NCBI GenBank assembly: GCA_951406725.2
Contig: OX597817.1
Coordinates: 15,004,001-15,068,000, forward strand
Direction: 5' to 3'
DNA: 64,000 nt
From: Octopus vulgaris
Lineage: Eukaryota
Below are positions 1-12,722 of the stretch, piece after piece. The translations under genes were made by a program, and so were the position numbers. Each line of letters opens with the position of its first letter. Positions within the stretch are counted from its first letter, which is position 1. The notes under the pieces are model-generated. The model worked only from the letters and a program-made list of their open reading frames with translations, ran no database searches and was not told the DNA's origin.

Positions 1-360
1 TGAAACATCACTTCGGTTTTCTTGGCACTGATGGTGAGACCGAAGTTGTCACAGGCTGATGAGAACCTGTCCATCTCGAGCTGCATCTCCTGCTCATCGA
101 TTGCATTAAGGGCGCAGTCGTCAGCAAAGAGAAAGTCTCTGACGACTGTCTCCCTCACCTTTGTGACAGCCTGCAATCTTCTGGAGTTGAAAAGTTTCCC
201 GTCTGTCCTGTACTTGATGTCGATACCGGACTTGCAGTCCCTAAAGGCGTCGGACAGCATTGCCGAGAACATGATGCTGAACAGTGTTGGGGCCAGGACA
301 CAGCCCTGCCTGACTCTGTTGGTCACCTGGAAGGCTTCAGATGAGTTGCCGTCTTCAAGG
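1..360 (-). mobile_element. RTE-clade LINE reverse transcriptase fragment
   Basis: Minus-strand translation reads ...VRQGCVLAPTLFSIMFSAML...DFLFADDCAL...FGLTISAKKTEVMF, with the RT QG and F/YADD motifs; it runs off the window edge. Confidence 0.85.
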
Positions 361-416
361 ACGTATATCGCATATACGTGTATATGTGAATATACATATA
401 TATGTATATTATGTAA

Positions 417-634
417 GGCGGCAAGCTGGCAGAAACGTTAGCACGCCAGGCGAAATGCTTAACGGTATTTCGTCTGTCATTATGTTCTGAGTTCAAATTC
501 TGCCGAGGTCGACTTTGCCTTTCATCCTCTCGGGGTCGATAAATAAAGTACCAGTTTCGCACTAGGTCGATGTAATCGGCTTAATCCCTTTGTTTGTCCC
601 CTCTATGTTTAGCCTACTGTGGGTAGTAAAGAAA
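417..634 (+). mobile_element. tRNA-headed SINE family A, monomer
   Basis: A-box-like TGGCAGAAACGTTAG, B-box-like GAGTTCAAATTC, core GCCTTTCATCCT..GGGGTCGATAAA, tail GTAAAGAAA. Other copies at about 6592-6822(+), 8828-9055(-), 13565-13790(+), 18513-18742(-). Confidence 0.8.
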
Positions 635-1036
635 CATATATGTATATTATATATATGTATGTGTATATATATACACACACACACACATTCATATTCTAAT
701 TTTAGCATAACACTAACAATTTTGAGGGGAAGGGGAAGTCAATTACATTGATCAATTACAGTGCTCAGTTGGTATATGTTTTATCAACCCCAAAAGGATA
801 AAAGATAGAGTTGACTTCAGCTGCATTTGAACTCAGAACATAAAGAGCTGCAAAAAATGCCACTTGGCATTTTGCCTGGCATAGAAACAATTCTGCCAGT
901 TTGTGTGTATATATGCTTAATTTTGTGTTGTTTTACTATTTACTTCCCATTTGCCTTCTATTGGTCTTCCTTATCAAATCTCATTAAACAGTGCACAGTA
1001 TATCTATGAATGTGTGCATATAGATTGCTGTATATA

Positions 1037-1545
1037 TCTTTATATATAAAAGTGAAGTTGTGTGTCTGTCTCCTACGATTTAGATTCCTAACTACTCCCA
1101 CATTTTGCGGTGCAGTTTAACCAAAACCAGGTATCTTATAGTCGTGATTCATATCGAGCCCGTCTGAGTATTAGCGCGCGTCTACAATGAGTCTACGATT
1201 TTTAAAATAATTTAACATCATTTTTTATTCCATTTTAATGCATAATTTTTCGTGTATCGATGGCGGCGGAGTTGGCGTCCATGGTCACACCTGCACCTGT
1301 TTGCTTCTCCCCCTTCCTCCCGCCCTCGTGAAGCTGTGGGGAAGGGAGTGTAAGGAAATCAACGTCGTAAAGCGTTGTCAAGGAGACCAGCATTCTTTTA
1401 GAACAACGACTTCATGGCTTGAAGACACCAAAACAGAAATGGCTAAGAAAGCCCGAATTGGCATCTATAAGGGAAGTAACTCTCTAAAAATGCTTATATA
1501 GTTATTTCCCTTACAAACCCGAGCAACGCCGGGCAATACTGCTAG
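1037..1545 (+). mobile_element. Non-autonomous Helitron, copy 1 of a tandem pair
   Basis: 5' TC, 3' CTAG, subterminal hairpin CCCGAGCAACGCCGGG; the pair sits between A and T with no TSD. Confidence 0.8.
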
Positions 1546-1923
1546 TCTTTATATATAAAAGTAAGCTTATGTGTCTTTCTCCTACGATTTAGATTCCTAA
1601 CTACTCCCACATTTTGCGGTGCAGTTTAACCAAAAGCGGGTATCTTATAGTCGTGATTCATATTGAGCCCTTCTGGGTATTAGCACGCATCTACGATTTA
1701 AAAAAAAATTTACCATCATTTTTTTCCATTTTAATGCATTTTTTTCGCTATTATATAAGGGAAGTAACCCTCTAAAAATATCTAGGATGAGTTAACGATT
1801 TTTAAAAAAAGTTACCATAAGTTTTTTTTTCCATTTTTTTGCTATTTTTTGGCTATAACTCTCTAAAAATGCTTTATAGTTATTTCCCTTACAAACCCGA
1901 GCAACGCCAGGCGATACTGCTAG
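1546..1923 (+). mobile_element. Non-autonomous Helitron, copy 2 (head-to-tail)
   Basis: Starts with TC immediately after the CTAG of copy 1; same 5' ~170 bp and same 3' hairpin plus CTAG. Confidence 0.8.
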
Positions 1924-2042
1924 TATTTAATATGTCTATTATTATTATTATTCTGTGTGCATTTGATGTGTATTTGTAGGTTATATGTATAAAGTCAGTA
2001 ACAGGATTATGAAATTAATGGCTTACACACTTCAACAAAATT

Positions 2043-3141
2043 GACACGACACACACACCACATACATACACACATTTATACACAAGCTCACACACACAAC
2101 ACATACATACACACATTCATACACAGCACACACACACAACACATACATACACACATTCATACACAAGCACACACACACACATACATACACACATTTATAC
2201 ACAAGCACACACACACACACAACACATACATACACACATTTATACACAAGCACACACAAACACAACACATACATACACACATTTATACACAAGCACACAC
2301 GCAAACACAACACATACATACACACATTTATACACAAGCACACACGCAAACACATACATACACACATTTATACACAAGCACACACACACACAACACATAC
2401 ATACACACATTTATACACAAGCACACACACACACAACACATACATACACACATTTATACACAAGCACACACACACACAACACATACATACACACATTTAT
2501 ACACAAGCATACACACACACAACACATACATACACACATTTATACACAAGCACACACACACACACAACACATACATACACACATTTATACACAAGCACAC
2601 ACACACACAACACATACATACACTCATTTATACACAAGCACACACACACACAACACATACATACACTCATTTATACACAAGCACACACACACACAACACA
2701 TACATACACTCATTTATACACAAGCACACACACACAACACATACATACACACATTTATACACAAGCACACACACACACAAACACATACATACACTCATTT
2801 ATACACAAGCACACACACACACAACACATACATACACTCATTTATACACAAGCACACACACACACACAACACATACATACACACATTTATACACAAGCAC
2901 ACACACACACAAACACATACATACACTCATTTATACACAAGCACACACACACACAACACATACATACACTCATTTATACACAAGCACACACACACACACA
3001 ACACATACATACACTCATTTATACACAAGCACACACACACACACAACACATACATACACTCATTTATACACAAGCACACACACACACACAACACATACAT
3101 ACACACATTTATACACAAGCACACACACACAACACATACAC
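2043..3141. repeat. CA-rich minisatellite, about 40-44 bp unit
   Basis: Tandem ACACAACACATACATACAC(A/T)CATTTATACACAAGCACACAC.. with variable CA run length. Confidence 0.95.
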
Positions 3142-3348
3142 ATAGCTAGTTATTATTTACAATGTGACATCTTCATTAAGAACAATTAAGAGTTCGGTAT
3201 TTGAGTGGGATGGTCAAATAGCTCAAGCTGCACAACAGTAATTATTTTGTACTGGGGCAAGGGATTTTACTATGTTTTTCTTCTACTTATTTTTTTTCTC
3301 TTTTTTCTTTTCTTAGCTACAGTCTAACTAATTGATGTTTTGAAAATA

Positions 3349-3737
3349 CTAGCAGTATCGCCCTGCGTTGCTCGGGTTTGTTTCGACCCTTTAGAATTGA
3401 AATTTTTGAAAAGTAAAAATTTAGCATTATGAAGCTTGTTATTCTCTTTAAGTGAACATTTTCTCTGGTTGAAATACACCGAAAAATGGCGACACAGCAG
3501 TCAAAAAATCGTAAAAAATAGGGATTTTCGTAGAAAAAAAGCACCTTTTCGATGTAAATAATTTTTGGCGTTAACATGGGCCGATTTGAATTTTTTCTTC
3601 TACGGAAGGAAGAGCAAGCCTTCTTCTGTCATACTTTCAATTTTGGTCAACTTGCGCCGCAGGGTCTCGGAGGAGATAGTGTTAGTTGAAGGCTACCAAA
3701 CCTGCCATACACAGACAACTTCAGCTTTATATACAGA
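3349..3737 (-). mobile_element. Non-autonomous Helitron, different internal sequence
   Basis: Reverse complement of the same 3' end (CTAGCAGTATCGCCC..CGTTGCTCGGG) and a similar 5' end. Confidence 0.7.
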
Positions 3738-3979
3738 GAGATTTTTCTCCATGTCCATACATCAACCTAAAATAGTTGCAAAGTTTTCAGCTAGAAATCC
3801 TTTATTGTAAGTCTTATATGTTCAACATTAGTTGCTCTCATTAGTACATCAGTCTACAATAATCAGTTGAAATATTGTCGTTTCATTGACAAAATAGTAT
3901 TTTTATGACTGAAAAATTTTCCTCGTTGCATCGCCACAACTCTGTTGTATTTGCTGAATTTATACTTTAAGTCAATGAG

Positions 3980-6240
3980 TTTATTCTATTATTTTATGAT
4001 CAGGTTCAGCCAGGGACTGGTCATGCTGGTTACCATCAGTGCTAATGCTTGTTTATTTTAGATTCATTTCCCAGTCTTGTCTCTGGAATCAGTCCTGATG
4101 AAGTAGTGAACTGAACAGAGCTGCTGGAATCAGTCCTGATGAAGTAGTGAACTGAACAGAGCTGCTGGAATCAGTCCTGATGAAGTAGTGAACTGAACAG
4201 AGCTACTGTAATCAGTCCTGATGAAGTAGTGAACTGAACAGAGCTGCTGGAATCAGTCCTGATGAAGTAGTGAACTGAACAGAGCTGCTGGAATCAGTCC
4301 TGATGAAGTAGTGAACTGAACAGAGCTGCTGGAATCAGTCCTGATGAAGTAGTGAACTGAACAGAGCTGCTGGAATCAGTCCTGATGAAGTAGTGAACTG
4401 AACAGAGCTGCTGGAATCAGTCCTGATGAAGTAGTGAACTGAACAGAGTTACTGTAATCAGTCCTGATGAAGTAGTGAACTGAACAGAGCTGCTGGAATC
4501 AGTCCTGATGAAGTAGTGAACTGAACAGAGCTGCTGGAATCAGTCCTGATGAAGTAGTGAACTGAACAGAGCTGCTGGAACCAGTCCTGATGAAGTAGTG
4601 AACTGAACAGAGCTGCTGGAATCAGTCCTGATGAAGTAGTGAACTGAACAGAGTTACTGTAATCAGTCCTGATGAAGTAGTGAACTGAACAGAGCTGCTG
4701 GAATCAGTCCTGATGAAGTAGTGAACTGAACAGAGCTGCTTTAATCAGTCCTGATGAAGTAGTGAACTGAACAGAGCTGCTGGAATCAGTCCTGATGAAG
4801 TAGTGAACTGAACAGAGCTGCTGGAACCAGTCCTGATGAAGTAGTGAACTGAACAGAGCTGCTGGAATCAGTCCTGATGAAATAGTGAACTGAACAGAGT
4901 TACTGTAATCAGTCCTGATGAAGTAGTGAACTGAACAGAGCTGCTGGAATCAGTCCTGATGAAGTAGTGAACTGAACAGAGTTACTGTAATCAGTCCTGA
5001 TGAAGTAGTGAACTGAACAGAGCTGCTGGAATCAGTCCTGATGAAGTAGTGAACTGAACAGAGCTGCTGGAATCAGTCCTGATGAAGTAGTGAACTGAAC
5101 AGAGCTGCTGGAACCAGTCCTGATGAAGTAGTGAACTGAACAGAGCTGCTGGAATCAGTACTGATGAAGTAGTGAACTGAACAGAGTTACTGTAATCAGT
5201 CCTGATGAAGTAGTGAACTGAACAGAGCTGCTTTAATCAGTCCTGATGAAGTAGTGAACTGAACAGAGCTGCTGGAATCAGTCCTGATGAAGTAGTGAAC
5301 TGAACAGAGCTGCTGGAATCAGTCCTGATGAAGTAGTGAACTGAACAGAGCTGCTGGAATCAGTCCTGATGAAGTAGTGAACTGAACAGAGCTGCTGGAA
5401 CCAGTCCTGATGAAGTAGTGAACTGAACAGAGCTGCTGGAATCAGTCCTGATGAAGTAGTGAACTGAACAGAGTTACTGTAATCAGTCCTGATGAAGTAG
5501 TGAACTGAACAGAGCTGCTGGAATCAGTCCTGATGAAGTAGTGAACTGAACAGAGTTACTGTAATCAGTCCTGATGAAGTAGTGAACTGAACAGAGCTGC
5601 TGGAATCAGTCCTGATGAAGTAGTGAACTGAACAGAGCTGCTGGAATCAGTCCTGATGAAGTAGTGAATGAACAGAGCTGCTGGAATCAGTCCTGATGAA
5701 GTAGTGAACTGAACAGAGCTGCTGGAACCAGTCCTGATGAAGTAGTGAACTGAACAGAGCTGCTGGAATCAGTCCTGATGAAGTAGTGAACTGAACAGAG
5801 TTACTGTAATCAGTCCTGATGAAGTAGTGAACTGAACAGAGCTGCTTTAATCAGTCCTGATGAAGTAGTGAACTGAACAGAGCTGCTGGAATCAATCCTG
5901 ATGAAGTAGTGAACTGAACAGAGCTGCTGGAATCAGTCCTGATGAAGTAGTGAACTGAATAGAGCTGCTGGAATCAGTTCTGATGAAGTAGTGAACTGAA
6001 CAGAGCTGCTCTTGTCTGCATTTCTTGTCATAATGTGGGGTCATCTGATACATCAGATAAAAATTTGTCTAATTGTTCTTTGAACACATCCATATCTACA
6101 CTTTGTAACCCTTTGAGGTCTTTTGGCAAGGTATTGAAAGTTGTGAGCCTTTGATCCTTGTTACATTGGATGGAGAAAGCAGGATCTTTAGTATGATGCA
6201 GTGGTGTCCGGTTTGGTGATTGGTGTAGCATTCAATCCCT
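3980..6240 (-). mobile_element. 3' end of a CR1/L2-type LINE containing the amplified 41-bp satellite
   Basis: Minus strand reads ..TFNTLPKDLKGLQSVDMDVFKEQLDKFLSDVSDDPTL*QEMQTRAALFSSLLHQ, resembling CR1-group ORF2 C-termini; a 3' UTR stem-loop lies at about 3985-4036. Confidence 0.7.
4083..6010. repeat. 41-bp tandem minisatellite, about 47 copies
   Basis: Unit CTGGAATCAGTCCTGATGAAGTAGTGAACTGAACAGAGCTG, near-identical copies, no spacers. Confidence 0.97.
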
Positions 6241-8646
6241 AAGTTGGGTATTGGACCCTCCAAGACCTTAGGAGGTCCTTGAGGGTTTATCTTGACATTA
6301 TAATAGTACTTAGCTTATTTTGCTGGATATTAAATACTGTTGATCAGAATGTTTTATAAAAGAGTTTCTGAAACATTATCCTAGTATTGCAAATAAATAA
6401 ATAGATAATGTAAAATTTAATAAAAAAAAAAAAAGGAATGTTGTCAACTTCTTCATATATCTACAAGTTAATCATCATCATCATCATTGTTTTAATGATC
6501 CCTTTTCCATATGCACATAATTTGTTGAGACAGATTTTTTTACAGCCAGGTGCCCTTCCTGTCACCAACCCTCACCTATTTCCAAGTAATAGGCGGCGAG
6601 CTGGCAGAAACGTTAGCACGCCGGGCGAAATGCTTAGTGGTATTTCGTCTGCCGTTACATTCTGAGTTCAAATTCCTCCGAGGTCGACTTTGCCTTTCAT
6701 CCTTTCGGGGTCGATAAATTAAGTACCAGTTACGCACTGGGGGTCGATGGAATCGACTTAATCGCTTTGTCTGTCCTTGTTTGTCCCCTCTATGTTTAGC
6801 CCCTTGTGGGTAGTAAAGAAATATATTTCCCCATGGCCAGACATGTTTTTACAGAAGATTGGAAATGAAAGACACCACCTGTATGACAGTGACATTTATT
6901 TACAGCTATCACTTGATAACAAAGCAAGGAGACAGTAACAAACACACACATACATGTATATACAGATATGGCAGGCTTCCTGTTATATCTGTATATACAT
7001 GTCTACTAACAAAGCTTTAGTTGGCCCAGGGTTATAGGAGAAGACACTTGCTTTAAGCGCCATGCATTGAGTCTGAACCTGAAACCATGTGGCAGAGAAG
7101 CAACCTTCTTATCACTCAGCATGCCTGTACCTATTAAGTGCAAATATAATTAAATATTCTGACACAATTCATCCTTCATTTGATTCCAAGTTCAAAGATA
7201 AAAAAATACAAAAATTTCATATACTTATTCTTTGAAAATATCAGTTATTGCTAATACTAAAAATACTAACTCTAAATTTTCATCACAAATTTCAGTAATA
7301 TGATTACTCTTTTACTCTTTTACCTGTTTCAGTCATTTGACTGTGGCCATGCTGGAGCACCGACTTTAATCGAGCAACTCGACCCTGGAACTTATTCTTT
7401 TATAAGCCCAGTACTTATTCTATTGGTCTCTTTTGCCGAACTGCTAAGTGACAGGGACGTAATCACACAAGCATTATCAAGCAATGCTAGGTGGACAAAC
7501 ACAGACACACAAATGCACACATACATATATATATATATACATATATACGACAGGCTTCTTTCAGTTTCCGTCTACCAAATCCACTCACAAGACAATCTTT
7601 TACCCTTAGTTTCTACATAACCTGCTTATCATAAGGCTGCATCAAATAAAGGCCCTTGATCAATAAAAAATAAAATAAAAAAGAATAAATAGTATTACTA
7701 AATATCTTTAAAATTGTACTATATGATTCAATGCTAATGTAATAGATTGTAATAGATTTTTATCGACATCAATGTTGGTACTTGCAACATTCATTGTTCA
7801 TATAGATTAACACAAATCAATAAAATAAGATCAGTCTCATTTGACATGGCATAGGTCAATCTTTTTAAACCCTTTAATCTCTCTTAGGTCAAGATGTTTT
7901 AAAATCTTTTTTAATATATTTGCTATTGTGTAATTACTATCAGCTCTCATGAGGTATTCTGGTCAAAAAACACATACCAATCTTTCCTTCATATCTGATT
8001 TACTTAAACTCAGTCTATTTTTCAGATTTTCATTATATCTCAGTCAGATCACAGTAATTAATCTCTTTTCTTATCTGTTATATTTTCCGCCTTCCTTTAA
8101 AATAACGACACTTTTTGCAGCGTGGATTGTAAAATATTCTAAGAAAAACATCTCTAGATTCTATATCATGTCAGAAGGTCTGCAAATGTTCAGTCAACAC
8201 CAAATTTACTCTGAAATTGATTGGTTGCCTACACACCAGAACTTATCTATTTCCCTGACTGAATCATTATCGTACTTTGGACTAAACAATGTACTGAAAG
8301 GTTTTGCCATTGTCTGTCTCGTTAAAATGTCATATGCCACCTGTGCAATCATTAGTTTCTTCCTATTCTTTCTCGAAATCATTGAAAACAACATAGCTTT
8401 TATCTTTATCTTAGTCATGCTGGTTTTTTGTTTTTTCCATATAATCCAGTTTAGTCTATTACAATCAGACCATACATATGAAAGGATCTTTCACTCTGTT
8501 GTGTTCTGCTGATATTTTTTGCATTGGCAAAGTGTCACATATTTGTATCTGGTTCTTCTATTTTTCACAACTTTGAATGCATGAAACACAAAGTTAACCT
8601 TGATAGGGTTTAAATTCAGGACATAGAGAAAAATTTTTAAATATTG

Positions 8647-9285
8647 TCGCAGGAGTGGCTGTGTGGTAAGTAGCTTGTCTACCAAACCACATGGTTCCGG
8701 GTTCAGTCCCACTGCGTGGCATCTTGGGCAAGTGTCTTCTGCTATAGCCTCGGGCCGACCAATGCCTTGTGAGTGGATTTGGTAGACGGAAACTGAAAGA
8801 AGCCTGTCATATATATGTATATATATATTTCTTTACTACCCACAAGGGGCTAAACACAGAGGGGACAAACAAGGACAGACAAAGGGATTAAGTCGATTAC
8901 ATCAACCCCAGTGCGTAACTGGTACTTAATTTATCGACCCCGGAAGGATGAAAGGCAAAGTCGACATCGGCAGAATTTGAACTCGGAACGTAACAACAGA
9001 CGAAATACGGCTACGCATTTTGCCCGGCATGCTAACGTTTCTGCCAGCTCGCCGCAGAATATATATATGTGTGTTTGCATGTCTGTGTTTGTCCCCCTAA
9101 CATTGCTTGACAACCGATGCTGGTGTGTTTACGTCCCCGTCACTTAGCGGTTCGGCAAAAAGAGACCGATAGAATAAGTACTGGGCTTACAAAGAATAAG
9201 TCCCGGGGTCGAGTTGCTCGACTAAAGGCGGTGCTCCAGCATGGCCACAGTCAAATGACTGAAACAAGTAAAAGAGTAAAAGAGA
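8647..9285 (+). mobile_element. tRNA-headed SINE family B with a nested family A copy (8828-9055, minus)
   Basis: Head GGAGTGGCTGTGTGGTAAG..GGTTCAGTCCC, CORE-like CTTGGGCAAGTGTCTT, internal (TA/TG)n, tail CCAGCATGGCCACAGTCAAATGACTGAAACAAGTAAAAGAG. Other copies at about 7307-7590, 11600-11864 and 14219-14600 (all minus). Confidence 0.8.
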
Positions 9286-9777
9286 GAACATTTTGTTCAG
9301 CACTCTTCCATTTTTTTACCTCTTTGTACTCCTCATTCTGCCGTTTTATAATGATTCATAGCAGCCATTAAAACATTGGACATAGTCCTTAGGAGTAAAA
9401 GTTTCATACAACTACATCCTTTGTATTTTGTTTTCCATCAAAGCATATTATTGTATTAAACCTCTCATACTTAGTACCACTTTCAAACCAATATTAAAAT
9501 GAGGTTGGTGCAATAAATTCAGTAAGTGCGTTGAACTAACTTTATAAACATCCATTATGAAAAAGCATGAACTTTATCAATTCCTTTACTTAGATCTTAA
9601 AACTCTGTTATCAAGATTAACAGTAGCCTACATTAATAAAAATGCTTTAAATTTTCATAAATTTAAAAAACAGATTTTGATTGAAGCAATATCCATCTTT
9701 TTATCACAGTGAAAGTACATCAAACGCTTTTTCATCACCATGTATAGTTATCGAAACTGGATGAGTGACAGAAACTT

Positions 9778-9995
9778 TTAACCCTTTCATTACTAACCCG
9801 GCTCTGGCTCTGAGTACAAATGTCTTGTTTTCATAAGTTTTGAATTGAAATCTTCCACCAAACCTTAGTCACAACTTATGTTCCTAACACTAGCTGAATG
9901 ATAACAAAGTTATTTTACTAAATTCTTTGTTATATTTAAAGTAATTGAAAGGAACACAGAGCACCTCAGCAGAAATATGGTAACAAAAGGGTTAA
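9778..9995. mobile_element. piggyBac-type MITE family 2
   Basis: TTAA-CCCTTT...AAAGGG-TTAA ends; copies at 10301-10528 and, inverted, about 51312-51540. Confidence 0.8.
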
Positions 9996-10300
9996 TAGCA
10001 TGTAAAAGTTTATTAAACAATGTTACTTATGAATATTCACTAAAAAAATAGCATTAATTTGTAATACATTTGAAGGGTTGTAATAGAATAATAAAGCAAA
10101 CAGTTAAAATATAATTTTAATTAGACAAGATCATATTAGAAACATACTGTGATTTTAGAATGAATTGTTTTACTAAATTCTTTGTTATATTTAAAGTAAT
10201 TGAAAGGAACACAGAGCATCTCAAAATAAATACAGTAACGAATATATATATATATCATCACCATGTATAGTTATCGAAACTGGATGAGTGACAAAAACTT

Positions 10301-10528
10301 TTAACCCTTTCATTACCAACCCGGCTGAAACCAGCTCTGGCTCGGAGTACAAATGTCTTGTTTTCATAAGTTTTGAATTGAAATCTTCCACCAAACCTTA
10401 GTCACAACTTATGTTCCTAACACTAGTTGAATGATAACTAAGTTATTTTACTAAAGTATTTGTTATATTTAAAGTAATTGAAAGGAACACAGAGCATCTC
10501 AACAGAAATACGGTAACGAAAGGGTTAA
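10301..10528. mobile_element. piggyBac-type MITE family 2
   Basis: TTAA TSD and CCCTTTC/GAAAGGG terminal inverted repeats. Confidence 0.8.
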
Positions 10529-10830
10529 TCAAGAGTTTTAAGTAAATCACAATGAGACTTAAGTAAATGTATGAGATTTTGTTCCAGATATAATCATCAA
10601 GGTTTTAATGTCCATTTGTCCATGCCCGCATGGGTTGGACAGAATTTGTTGAGACAGATTTTCTGTGGCCAGATGTCCTTCTTTTTGCCAATCCTTACCT
10701 GTTTCCAAGCAAGGTAATATTTCCCCCCATGACCAGATATGTTTTCATAGAAGATTGGAAATTATGGATGCTGCTTCCATGATGGTGACATTCATTTACA
10801 AACTACCACACAATGTCAAGGCAAGGAAAC

Positions 10831-10861
<31 letters not shown>

Positions 10862-10875
10862 TAAATATATATATA

Positions 10876-11255
10876 CTAGCAGTATCGCCCGGCGTTGCTC
10901 GGGTTTGTAAGGGAAATAACTATATAAGCATTTTTAGAGATGTAAAGTATAATAGCCATCTCAATATGGCTAACCACAAAGGGGGTGGTGTTACCGTAAC
11001 TTTTTACGTTTTGAGATTTAATAATAAATTTTTAGAGAGTTACTTCCCTTATATGTGCCAAAAATGCATTAAAAATGGGAAAAATTGATTGTAAATTTTT
11101 TTAAATCGTAGACTCATCGTAGATGTGCGCTAATACCCAGAAGGACTCGATATGAATCACGACTATAAGATACCCGGTTTTGGTTAAACTGCACCGCAAA
11201 ATGTGGGAGTAGTTAGGAATCTAAATCGTAGGAGACAGACAGCACACAACCTCAC

Positions 11256-11265
<10 letters not shown>
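10876..11265 (-). mobile_element. Non-autonomous Helitron, same family as 1037-1923
   Basis: Reverse-complement match including CTAG, the hairpin and the 5' segment. Confidence 0.8.
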
Positions 11266-11286
<21 letters not shown>

Positions 11287-11670
11287 GACAGCTTCTTTCA
11301 GTTTCCCTCCACCAGTTACACTCGCAACGCTTTAATTGGCCTGGGACTATAATAGAAGATGCTTGTTCAAGCTGCCATGCAATGGGATTGAACCCAGAAC
11401 CATGAAGTTGGGAAGCAAACTTCTTACCACACAGCCTCACCCTGTGCCTACAATATTTTTCAAAAGTAAGTCTATACGCTGTTGAGGTTAAGCACATACA
11501 AAAATTCTGGTTGATTTGAACAAAAATACATATTCCAAGTGAAAAATAAATGTTTTGGAGCCAATATTAAGAAGAGGTCACTGTAGAATCTATTAATGAT
11601 GTAAACACACCAGCATCGGTTGTCAAGCAATGCTAGGGGGACAAATACAGACACACAAACATATACACAC

Positions 11671-11702
<32 letters not shown>

Positions 11703-12307
11703 GACAGGCTTCTTTCAGTTTCCGTCTACCAAATCCACTCACAAGGCATAGGTCGGCCTGAGGCTATAGCAGAAGACACTTGCCCAAGATGCCACGCAGT
11801 GGGACTGAACCCAGAACCATGTGGTTGGTAAGGAAGCTACTTACCACACAGCCACTCCTGCGCCTATATGCATATTATTCACATTCAATGATCTGAAAAG
11901 ACAAAATATGTGGTCTATTATATTTTAAAAGCTGGTCTTAAATACATCTATACTGAATATTTTAAGTTAGTTTTTAATATTGGGTTCAAGCCATAGAAAA
12001 TTTTCAAATATGAATGAGAAGCTGCCTAAAGAATATTAACAACATCGAACACACATATACAAGGTATGTGTATTACCAGTTCATGGCCAGATCTCTGGCA
12101 TAAGTTAGCTCACTTGACTATGACTTCTAGGTGCTTTTACACCAGGTGTATTGACATGAAAATTTTCTCTCTTGCCTATAAATCACAGCCTGGCCATGAT
12201 CTGGCAATACACATACCTTGGGTATGTATGATTGATATTGTTTATATTCCTTGGGCTGCTTCTCACTCATATTTGAATTTCTGTGGTATAAAACATTGGG
12301 ATATACC

Positions 12308-12722
12308 TATTTCTTTACTGCCCACAAGGGGCTAAACACAGAGGGGACAAACAAGGACAGACAAACAGATTAAGTCAATTATATCGACCCCAGTGCGTAA
12401 CTGGTACTTATTTAATCGACCCCGAAAGGATCAAAGGCAAAGTCGACCTTGGCGGAATTTGAACTCAGAACGTAGCAGCAGACGAAATACCTATTTCTTT
12501 ACTATCCACAAGGGGCTAAACACAGAGGGGACAAACAAGGACAGACAAACAGATTAAGTCAATTATATCAACCCCAGTGCGTAACTGGTACTTATTTAAT
12601 TGACCCCAAAAGGATGAAAGGCAAAGTCGACCTAGCGGAATTTGAACTCAGAACGTAGCGGCAGACGAAATATCGCTAAGCATTTCGCCTGGCATGCTAA
12701 CGTTTCTGCCAGCTTGCCGCCT
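12308..12722 (-). mobile_element. SINE family A dimer (one head, two bodies)
   Basis: Two ~183-bp bodies; the whole dimer is flanked by the direct repeat TTGGGATATACC (12296-12307 and 12723-12734). Confidence 0.85.

Noticed and set aside
22-441. 139-aa plus-strand ORF
   Set aside because: It is the antisense shadow of the RTE RT frame.
2041-3189. 382-aa His/Thr-rich ORF
   Set aside because: It is the translation of a CA-rich minisatellite that lacks stop codons.
4083-6010. CRISPR-like array
   Set aside because: Units are contiguous with no unique spacers, there are no cas genes, and the context is eukaryotic.
7620-9720. 187-aa ORF (7949-8512) and a possible decayed DNA transposase on the minus strand
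   Set aside because: No convincing motif or exon structure; only a faint resemblance (IKAML..SPKY), too weak to call.
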